From: Candidatus Eiseniibacteriota bacterium | GTDB lineage: Bacteria > Eisenbacteria > RBG-16-71-46 | Assembly: GCA_031366795.1 (NCBI GenBank) | Contig: JANLOX010000085.1 | Span: 1 to 17,808 of the forward strand | Direction: 5' to 3' | DNA length: 17,808 bases | Shown: positions 8,079 through 15,150 of the stretch, in pieces | Layout of the letters: every line of letters starts with the position of its first letter | How positions within the stretch are numbered: position 1 is the first letter of the stretch | Notes under the pieces: generated by a model | What the model saw: the letters and a program-made list of their open reading frames with translations, nothing else | What the model was told of the DNA's origin: nothing | The model's database searches: none | Made by a program: the position numbers and the translations under genes

Positions 8079-8185
8079 TTCGTAGCCTCGTCCCGGAGCC
8101 ACCCGTCTCGCCGCCCTGAGACCTGCTCCGGTTTGCACCCGAGACGAGGCGGCGCTTCCCCGGCGCCGTCTCGCAATCGGAATCG

Positions 8186-10108
8186 ATGAATCCTTCTGAG
8201 CGCGACACGCTCCGTGAAGTGATGCGGAGAGTGGACGAAGTGCGCGGGCTGGAGCCCGGTGCCGGGCCGTCGACCACGACGGAACCCGTCTCCGCGGGCG
8301 AGCTTCTGGATACCCTCCAGGACTTGGCCGCCGAGCTTGAGCGTAGCCACCGCCGGCTGATCGAGACCAACGTTCAGCTGGTCTCACTGCGCGAGGTGGC
8401 GGCGAACCTGCTTGCCACGCACGACACGGAAGAGACCACGGCGGTCGTGACGCGCTACCTGTGCCGCGCGTTCGGCTTCGACGACGGCTTCCTGCTGCTC
8501 GTCAACCGCGAGACGCGCAGGCTGGAAGGCACATGGACGCAGCGGGTCGACGGCCGTGAGCGCAGCGTGCCCCTGAGCATCAGCCTCGAGGGCGACTCCG
8601 GCGCCATGACGCGCGCGCTGTGGCTCAACCGCACGCTGGTGCACCATTCGCCCGCACCTCACGTGGCGGCGCTGCTGCCCGAGGGCCACCCGCTCAGCGA
8701 CACCCTCGAAGGTTTGAGCGGCATCGTGTGTGTGCCGCTACAGCGCAGCCACAACGTGTTGCCGGACGGCGCGACACATGAGCTGTGCGGGGCGCGCTGC
8801 ATTCTCGGCGATGTGTCCGTGCTGGCGCCGCCACCAGGCTTAGGCGCCGAGACCTGGGAAGCCGATCGCGAAGACCGCCAGCGTCATTGCCTGGCCTGCG
8901 ACGTACACCCCTCGCTGGGCGTGATCGGCATGTCGCGCCGGCGCGGCACGCCGCTGACCGCTTCCGATGTCACGCAACTCGAGTCGATCGCGTTATCGGT
9001 GGCCCCGGTCATCGAGAACGCGCGGCTCACCCAGGACCTGCGGCGCAGCGAGCGTTTCCGCCAGCATGTGCTCGACAGCATGGGTTCAGCGCTGGTGGCG
9101 GTGAGCATGAACGGCGACATCCTGACCTTCAATCGCGCTGCCGAGGAACTGCTCGGCGTGAGCGAGGCACAGGTGCTGGGACAACCGTTCGGCGCGCGCT
9201 TCGGCCCCGACGGCGAACGCTTCCTGCGCGAGACGCTCGAGAACGGGCGCGAGGCCCAGCGCGTCGAGACGATGCTACGCACCGAGGATGGTTCGGCGAT
9301 CCCGGTGCGGCTGACGACCTCGCTGCTGCGCGACGAGCGCCGCGCGGTGTATGGCGCGATCGCCACGTTCATGGACCTGACGGCACTTAAGCGCGCCGAG
9401 GAACAGGCGCAGCGGCTCGACCGTCTCGCGGCGTTGGGACGCTTCACCTCCAGTGTCGCGCACGAGATTCGCAATCCATTGACCGGCATCGGCGCCGGCA
9501 TCCAGTTCCTCTCGCGCACGTTGGAGACCAACGCCGAGCAGCGCGAGAACCTGAACTTCATCCTGCGCGAGATGAAGCGGCTCGACTCGATCGTGCAGGA
9601 CTTGTTCGACGTGACGCACCCGCGGCAGCTGATGCTGAAGCCCGCGCCGGTGGATGAAGCGGTGCGTTTCGCCGCGCAGTGTCTCGACGCGCTGCGCGAG
9701 CAGAAGTGCATCGGACTCGAACTCACGATCGCGCCCGATGCGCCGCCGGTACCGCACGACTCGGACCAGTTGCAGCAAGTGTTGATCAACCTGATCAAGA
9801 ACGCCGTGGAAGCCAGTCCTGAAAACGCGACGTTGCGCATCAATGTTTCTGCCTGGCAGTCGCGCGGCCGGCTCATGGGCACCGAGATTCGCGTGCAGGA
9901 TTCGGGGACCGGCATCTCAGCCGAGCACCTGCGCACGATCTTCGAACCGTTTTTCACTACCAAGCCCGGCGGTTCCGGGCTCGGTCTCTATATCAGCCAC
10001 GACATCGTCAAGCGTCACGGCGGCAGTCTTTCCGTGACCAGTGAAACTCAGCGGGGCACCACGTTCAGCGTGGAACTCCCCGCGGACGGACAGGGAGGAT
10101 CCTCATGA
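8186..10108 (+). CDS. Cytoplasmic sensor histidine kinase (coiled coil-GAF-PAS-HisKA-HATPase)
   Basis: H-box VAHEIRNPLTGI, N-box QVLINLIKNAVEA, G1 DSGTGI, F-box IFEPFFTTK, G2 GSGLGL. PAS region VLDSMGSALVAVSMNGDILTFNRAAEELLG. GAF ends in PVIENARL. No obvious TM helix. Confidence 0.93.
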   Translation: MNPSERDTLREVMRRVDEVRGLEPGAGPSTTTEPVSAGELLDTLQDLAAELERSHRRLIETNVQLVSLREVAANLLATHDTEETTAVVTRYLCRAFGFDDGFLLLVNRETRRLEGTWTQRVDGRERSVPLSISLEGDSGAMTRALWLNRTLVHHSPAPHVAALLPEGHPLSDTLEGLSGIVCVPLQRSHNVLPDGATHELCGARCILGDVSVLAPPPGLGAETWEADREDRQRHCLACDVHPSLGVIGMSRRRGTPLTASDVTQLESIALSVAPVIENARLTQDLRRSERFRQHVLDSMGSALVAVSMNGDILTFNRAAEELLGVSEAQVLGQPFGARFGPDGERFLRETLENGREAQRVETMLRTEDGSAIPVRLTTSLLRDERRAVYGAIATFMDLTALKRAEEQAQRLDRLAALGRFTSSVAHEIRNPLTGIGAGIQFLSRTLETNAEQRENLNFILREMKRLDSIVQDLFDVTHPRQLMLKPAPVDEAVRFAAQCLDALREQKCIGLELTIAPDAPPVPHDSDQLQQVLINLIKNAVEASPENATLRINVSAWQSRGRLMGTEIRVQDSGTGISAEHLRTIFEPFFTTKPGGSGLGLYISHDIVKRHGGSLSVTSETQRGTTFSVELPADGQGGSS

Positions 10109-11559
10109 GCAGAGCCCACATCTTGGTCGTCGATGACCAGGACTCCATTCGGCATTTTGTGACCAAAGCACTCGAGACCGAGGGGTTCGAGGTGACTGGC
10201 GTCGGCTCGGCTCGTGAGTGCCGCGAGGCGCTTGAGAAGTGCTTGCCCGATCTCGCGATTTTCGACTTGAAGCTGCCCGACGGCACGGGCATCGAGCTGC
10301 TGCGTGAGGTCAAGCGCACGCAACAGGAAATGCCGGTGATCATGATGACGGCGTTCGGCGAACTCGAGACGGCCGTCGAAGCCATGAGTGCCGGCGCCTA
10401 CTGGTTCGTCAAGAAGCCGTTCCAGAACGAAGAACTGCTGGCGCTCGTCAATCGCGCGCTGGAGTCCCAGAAGATCTGGATCGAGCTGCGGCGCCTGCGC
10501 CACCGCGCCTTCGCCGACGAGGACTTCCTCCACTCATCGACGCCGTCGATGCAGGAGGCGTACGCCATCGCCGAACAGGTCGCGCGTGGCGACACTACAA
10601 GCGTGTTGATCGAGGGCGAGAGCGGGACGGGCAAGGAGTACTTTGCCAATCTCGTGCACCGCATGAGCGGCCGGCACAACCAGCCGTTCGTCGAGATCAA
10701 CTGCGCGGCGATCCCGCGCGAGCTGCTCGAGAGTGAATTGTTCGGTCACGAGAAGGGCGCCTTCACGGACGCGCGCGCGCAGAAGCTCGGCCTGATGGAA
10801 CTGGCCAATGGCGGCACCCTGTTCCTCGACGAAATCGGTGAAATGAGCCCGATGCTGCAGGTGAAGCTGCTGCGCGTGCTCGAGCGCCGCACCTTCAAGC
10901 GTGTCGGCGGCACCAAGGACATCACGGTCAACATCCGCATTCTCTCGGCGACCAACCAGGACCTCGATCGGATGGTGCGGGAGGGGACGTTCCGCGAGGA
11001 CCTCTACTACCGCCTGAAGGTCGTGCCGCTTTATGTGCCGCCGCTGCGCGAGCGCAAGGAAGATGTGCTGCCGCTGACGCGGTTGTTCATGGAACGGTTC
11101 TCCAAGCAGTTCAAGAAGGAGTTCCGCGACATCTCACCGGCCGCCCAGCAGCTGCTGACCGACTACGCCTGGCCTGGCAACATCCGCGAGCTCAAGAACC
11201 TGATGGAGCGCACGGTACTGCTCGAGACCGGCCCGGTGCTCGACACGGCACAGCTCAAGATCTCGCCGCGCTCGCGTCCGGCCTCGGACACCTCGCTGGG
11301 CCAGCGCCTCGACGAGTACCTGACCGCGCCGATCCCCACCACGGGAATCGCGTTCGAGCAGATCGTCGAGGAAATCGAGCGCTCCTTGATCATGCGTGCC
11401 TCGTATGCTACGAAGTGGAACCAGAGTCGAACTGCGGAGATGCTCAACCTCAAACGGGACAAACTGCGCTACCGAATGAAGCTGTACGACATCCGGGGCG
11501 GGCGCGGGGAGTCGGAGACAAACGACGCCGGTTCCGACAACAACGAGGCTGCGGCTTAG
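10105..11559 (+). CDS. NtrC-family sigma54-dependent response regulator (REC-AAA+-Fis HTH)
   Basis: ILVVDD, phospho-Asp in FDLKLPD, MTAFG, KPF; Walker [86 protein letters not shown], with ATGA overlap with the kinase. Confidence 0.96.
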   Translation: MSRAHILVVDDQDSIRHFVTKALETEGFEVTGVGSARECREALEKCLPDLAIFDLKLPDGTGIELLREVKRTQQEMPVIMMTAFGELETAVEAMSAGAYWFVKKPFQNEELLALVNRALESQKIWIELRRLRHRAFADEDFLHSSTPSMQEAYAIAEQVARGDTTSVLIEGESGTGKEYFANLVHRMSGRHNQPFVEINCAAIPRELLESELFGHEKGAFTDARAQKLGLMELANGGTLFLDEIGEMSPMLQVKLLRVLERRTFKRVGGTKDITVNIRILSATNQDLDRMVREGTFREDLYYRLKVVPLYVPPLRERKEDVLPLTRLFMERFSKQFKKEFRDISPAAQQLLTDYAWPGNIRELKNLMERTVLLETGPVLDTAQLKISPRSRPASDTSLGQRLDEYLTAPIPTTGIAFEQIVEEIERSLIMRASYATKWNQSRTAEMLNLKRDKLRYRMKLYDIRGGRGESETNDAGSDNNEAAA

Positions 11560-11566
11560 AGCCGCA

Positions 11567-12061
11567 ATGGCCGAACTCGCCGCCTTCATCCTGCTGGTGT
11601 CAGGGTGCGGGTACACGGCGAGTCCGGCGCTGTTGCCGTCGCACTTGAAGACCATCGCCATCCCGCAGTTCGAGAACGAGACCGGCGAGTACACGCTCGA
11701 GCAAGCGGTCACGGACGCCATCGTCCAGCGGTTCGTGGCGGACAATCACTTGCGCGTGGTCGACGAAAAATCCGCCGACTGCGTCGTCAAGGGCCACATC
11801 ACGCAGTACCGCAATGCCGTATTCGGCATTTCAAATTCGGACCTGGCGCAGGAATACCGGGTTACCATCGGCGTCTCCGTCGTGTTCAAGGACCAGGTCA
11901 AGAATCGCGAGATCTGGCGCGACGAGGAGCTGGTCAAGACGGCCAACTACTATGTCCAGCCCGTTCCCGGGCAGGTCGCGAAAACGGAGCTGGATGGACG
12001 CAAAGAAGCCATCCAAAAAATCGCCGACGAGATCCTCAGCCGGTCGATCGAAAGCTGGTAA
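11567..12061 (+). CDS. lptE: LptE-family LPS assembly lipoprotein
   Basis: Lipobox LVSG-C followed by GY, then LPSHLKTIAIPQFENET...EQAVTDAI, ADCVVKGHI, EYRVTIGVSV.F.D...IW, EAIQKIADEI. Adjacent to holA as in the known lptE-holA synteny. Confidence 0.8.
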   Translation: MAELAAFILLVSGCGYTASPALLPSHLKTIAIPQFENETGEYTLEQAVTDAIVQRFVADNHLRVVDEKSADCVVKGHITQYRNAVFGISNSDLAQEYRVTIGVSVVFKDQVKNREIWRDEELVKTANYYVQPVPGQVAKTELDGRKEAIQKIADEILSRSIESW

Positions 12062-13109
12062 GGACGACGAGCCGGGCGATACCGCCGAGCCTGGGCCGGT
12101 AAAGCCGCGCGCCGCGGCAGCACCGCGCGCCGGCAGGAGCACCGGGCGCGGAACCGCGACCACACCGATGGCGCTGCTCGAGACCCTCGGGCGCGGTACA
12201 TTCGCCGCCTCGATCTACATCGACGGTCCGTGTGAGCCCGTCAAGGCCGCCCTGCTCGCAGAAGTGCGCGCGGCGTGGGCCAGGGCCGTGCCCCAGTCTT
12301 CGCTCGCGAACGTGTTCCGCGCCGCCGAAGCCGGAGTCGAACAATTGCTCGCGGCGTGGCAGGGCGCTTCGCTGTTCAGCCCGCGCGACCTCGTCATCGT
12401 GCTGGACATGGAAGACTGGGCGCGCAGCGAGAAGCGCATCGTCGCCCTCGCAGAAGTGCTGACGAATTCGCCGAGCCCCTCGACCATGGTGCTCGTCGAG
12501 TCCGCCTCGGACAATGACCGCAAGATTCTGGAACCCCTGCGCGCCGCCTGCCGTGTTCACGTCAGCGCGCCCATGCCCCGCATGGCGGAGCTCGTGCGCT
12601 GGGGCGAGCGCCGCTTCGCGCGCGAAGACTTCACCATCGAGGACGGTTCGCTGCTGCTGCTCGGCGAGACCTGCGAGGGCGACCCGCTCGCGTTCTTCAG
12701 TGAGCTCGACAAGCTGGTCGTCTGGGCGGCGCGAGAACGCCGCCTGAAGCTCGAGGACGTCAAGGCGCTGCTGCGCCCCGTCGTGGGCTCTGAGCTGTCG
12801 AGCTATCTCGCCGCCGTCGCGGACGGCGACACCACGAAGGCCACGCAGCGATTGGGCCGCTTGCTGGCCGAGGGAGCCGTGGGAGAGGGGACGCTGTTGT
12901 TCTCGCTGTCCAATCTCGTCGGCGGCGCGCTCGGTGGCTGGGCGAAAGACAAGCCCGCGAGTGCGAAGTTGCGCGGCCGCTTGCAGCCGACCCAGCTGGC
13001 GCGCGTCATGGATGCCGTCTACCGGGCGGAGGCCGCCTGGAAGGGTGGCCGCGCCGATGTCGTCGCCGTGCTCGAACAGGCGACGCGCGCGGCGTGCGGG
13101 GGCAACTAG
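11994..13109 (+). CDS. holA: DNA polymerase III delta subunit (divergent); start uncertain
   Basis: ASLFSPRDLVIVLDME, TMVLV, W..RRF....TIED..L.LL, SELDKLVVW...LKLEDVKALL match the HolA pattern, and the gene follows lptE. Start is either ATG 11994 (GGAG 4 nt upstream, overlapping lptE) or ATG 12168. Confidence 0.72.
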   Translation: MDAKKPSKKSPTRSSAGRSKAGKDDEPGDTAEPGPVKPRAAAAPRAGRSTGRGTATTPMALLETLGRGTFAASIYIDGPCEPVKAALLAEVRAAWARAVPQSSLANVFRAAEAGVEQLLAAWQGASLFSPRDLVIVLDMEDWARSEKRIVALAEVLTNSPSPSTMVLVESASDNDRKILEPLRAACRVHVSAPMPRMAELVRWGERRFAREDFTIEDGSLLLLGETCEGDPLAFFSELDKLVVWAARERRLKLEDVKALLRPVVGSELSSYLAAVADGDTTKATQRLGRLLAEGAVGEGTLLFSLSNLVGGALGGWAKDKPASAKLRGRLQPTQLARVMDAVYRAEAAWKGGRADVVAVLEQATRAACGGN

Positions 13110-13129
13110 CCGCGAGTCGTTGTCGCGGC
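13109..13129. terminator. GC hairpin between convergent holA and arsC; possible terminator or pause site
   Basis: GCCGCGA-GTCGTTG-TCGCGGC (7-bp stem). No U-tract on either strand. Confidence 0.3.
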
Positions 13130-13149
13130 GTGCGAACCGCGGGCGAAGC

Positions 13150-13575
13150 TCAGCTCGCTTCGGGCCGAGTCGCTGTCCGCGCCCAGCCTCGCTGCTTCAC
13201 CAAATTCTCGACCCGCGCGCGAAGCTCCTCCCGAATCTCCCGCACGCGCTCGATCGGCTTTCCCTTGGGGTCATCGAGCGGCCAATCGTCGCGCTCGGCG
13301 CCCGCGACGACCGGGCACTCATCGCCGCAGCCCATCGTGATCAAGAGTTTCGCCTGGGCGGCGAGCTCGGGCGTAAGGCCCTGGGGTGCGACGCCGGACA
13401 GCTCGATGCCGACTTCGCGCATGACCGCGAGCACCTCGGGGTGCACCGCGGGCCCCGGAGCTGTACCCGCGGAGACCGCGTGGGCGCGTGCCGGATCCGC
13501 AAGCAGGTTGAACCATGCTGCGGCCATCTGCGAGCGGCCGGCATTGTGGATGCAAGCGAACAGGACGGTGGTCAT
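13150..13575 (-). CDS. arsC: Arsenate reductase, LMW-PTP fold
   Basis: MTTVLFACIHNAGRSQMA (Cx5R P-loop), SAGT.P, ITMGCGDECP, DWPLDDPKG. ATG 13575 has GGGAG upstream and an ATGA overlap with the acr3 stop. Confidence 0.93.
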   Translation of the reverse strand: MTTVLFACIHNAGRSQMAAAWFNLLADPARAHAVSAGTAPGPAVHPEVLAVMREVGIELSGVAPQGLTPELAAQAKLLITMGCGDECPVVAGAERDDWPLDDPKGKPIERVREIREELRARVENLVKQRGWARTATRPEAS

Positions 13576-14714
13576 GGTGTGCTCCCTGAGGCGGGAATGG
13601 GCGGGACGGCCCCCGTTGGGACGCCATTCGTGGGGAACCAGTGCCGGGTGCGGTTGCAGACAGCGCAGACCGAAAGCATGACGGGAACCTCGACCAGCAC
13701 ACCCACCACGGTCGCCAGCGCAGCGCCGGAGCCCGCACCGAACAGGGTAATGGCGACGGCCACCGCCAGTTCGAAGAAGTTGCTCGCGCCAATAAGCGCC
13801 CCCGGGGCCGCGATGTTGTGCGGCAGGCGGAAGTACCGCATCAGCCCGTAGGTCAGCCCCGCGTTGAAGTAAACTTGGAGCAGGATCGGGACAGCGATGA
13901 GAAGCACGTGTGTCCATCGCGCGGTGATGTTGTCGGCCTGGAACGCGAAGATCAGCGCGAGCGTGGCCAGCAGTGCGACGGTGGTAATGGGCTGGAAGAA
14001 CGGTAGGTAGACCCGCTCGAGCCACTCACGCCCCTTGATCCGTATCAGCACCAGGCGGCTCAGGCTGCCCAGTACGAGCGGAATCACGATGAAGGCCACG
14101 ACACTGAAGAGCAGCACCTGGAATGGCACGCTCAAGCTGCTCGCCCCCGCGACGAGCAACCCGACAATCGGCGCGAACAGCACGAGCATGATGAGATCAT
14201 TGAGCGTGACCTGAACCAAGGTGTAGGCCGGATCGCCATCGGTGAGGTAGGACCACACGAACACCATCGCGGTGCAGGGAGCGGCCGCGAGGATGATGGC
14301 CCCCGCGAGATACTGGTCTGCGAGTTGTGGGCCGATCAGCGGCAGGAACAGGTGCTTGAAGAACACCCAGCCGAGTAGCGCCATCGAGAACGGCTTCACC
14401 AACCAATTGACGAACAGGGTAACGAGGATGCCACCAGGGCGGTGCCGCACCCCAGCGATGCTGGCAAAGTCGATCTTCAACATCATCGGGTAGATCATCA
14501 GCCAGATCAGTAGCGCGATCGGCAAGTTGATCTGGCTGCCGTGCCCGAATTCGAAATTTCGCACTCCCGCGATAACCCCAGGGAGGAGCTTGCCCAGCAG
14601 CACGCCAATCACCATGCAAGCGCCGACCCACACCGTAAGGTAACGTTCGAAGAACGCGAGCCGCTTCGGCGCCGAGACCAGCGCCACTGCCGGGCGGGGC
14701 GACTGGCTAGTCAC
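13572..14714 (-). CDS. acr3: Acr3-family arsenite efflux transporter
   Basis: FFERYLTVWV, LIWLMIYPMMLKIDF, NWLVKPFSM, AAPCTAMVFVWS, ALIGASNFFELAVAVAI, GVLVEVPVML; multiple TM segments. GTG 14714 has AAGGGA upstream and overlaps the arsR end. Confidence 0.95.
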   Translation of the reverse strand: MTSQSPRPAVALVSAPKRLAFFERYLTVWVGACMVIGVLLGKLLPGVIAGVRNFEFGHGSQINLPIALLIWLMIYPMMLKIDFASIAGVRHRPGGILVTLFVNWLVKPFSMALLGWVFFKHLFLPLIGPQLADQYLAGAIILAAAPCTAMVFVWSYLTDGDPAYTLVQVTLNDLIMLVLFAPIVGLLVAGASSLSVPFQVLLFSVVAFIVIPLVLGSLSRLVLIRIKGREWLERVYLPFFQPITTVALLATLALIFAFQADNITARWTHVLLIAVPILLQVYFNAGLTYGLMRYFRLPHNIAAPGALIGASNFFELAVAVAITLFGAGSGAALATVVGVLVEVPVMLSVCAVCNRTRHWFPTNGVPTGAVPPIPASGSTP

Positions 14715-15033
14715 AGCAGCGTCCCTTACGCGTCGATCGCTTAGGTCGTGGGGCAACGCTCGCGAGGTACCCCGCCATCTCGGCGAGCACGCCCGGATCG
14801 ATCGCGTAGTACATCCAGCGCCCCTCGCGCCGGTCCGTGATGAGACCTGCCGCTTTTAGGGTCTTCACGTGAAAGGACAGCAGCGACTGTCCCAGCTCAA
14901 GCGCTTCGGTCAGCTCACATACGCAGCGCTCACCCTCCCGAAGGAGCTCGAGAATCGCCAGCCTCGTCTCGTCCGCCAGCGCGTGAAAACGTTCCGCCTG
15001 CTGGGCCGTGTTGGGTGCCGACGTCGATCGCAT
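14707..15033 (-). CDS. arsR: ArsR/SmtB-family arsenite-responsive repressor
   Basis: FHALADETRLAIL, ERCVCEL (alpha3 CxC site), QSLLSFHVKTLKAAGLI, RREGRWMYY, C-terminal CCD. Start placed at ATG 15033, downstream of the operator. Confidence 0.93.
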   Translation of the reverse strand: MRSTSAPNTAQQAERFHALADETRLAILELLREGERCVCELTEALELGQSLLSFHVKTLKAAGLITDRREGRWMYYAIDPGVLAEMAGYLASVAPRPKRSTRKGRCCD

Positions 15034-15039
15034 GCGCCA

Positions 15040-15069
15040 TCCATACATCAATAATTATTGATGCGTCAA
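15040..15069 (-). promoter_or_regulatory. ars promoter with ArsR operator
   Basis: The minus strand reads TTGACG (-35), CATCAATAATTATTGATG (perfect 18-bp palindrome, 15046-15063), then TATGGA (weak -10). This is an AT-rich patch in GC-rich DNA. Confidence 0.82.
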
Positions 15070-15086
15070 GCCAACGCCCGCCGCGC

Positions 15087-15115
15087 GTGACGCCGCGCGC
15101 GCAACCCGCTATCCT
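15087..15115 (+). promoter_or_regulatory. Putative sigma70 promoter of leuS
   Basis: GTGACG (15087-15092), 17-nt spacer, TATCCT (15110-15115). Same -35 hexamer and spacing as the tRNA promoter; SD GAGGA at 15139-15143. Confidence 0.55.
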
Positions 15116-15150
15116 CCGGCGCTTCACTCATCTTTCGCGAGGATGCGCCG

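Noticed and set aside
8123..8137. Second sigma54 promoter upstream of the kinase (TTTGCA)
   Set aside because: There is no GG at the -24 position (8123-8124 is CT).
1355..9963. Long antisense ORFs (1355..2623, 5032..5934, 7095..8387, 8884..9963 and similar)
   Set aside because: They mirror well-supported sense genes, show no recognisable motifs, and are expected from high-GC codon bias.
10753..10773. GAFTDA instead of GAFTGA, suggesting a sigma54-independent regulator
   Set aside because: The Phe-Thr contact residues are intact and GAFTDA is, to my knowledge, a common variant, so this is not evidence of lost function.
13576..14025. Extended 291-aa arsC ORF suggesting a fusion
   Set aside because: The extension is an alternative frame of acr3; arsC has its own SD and ATG at 13575.
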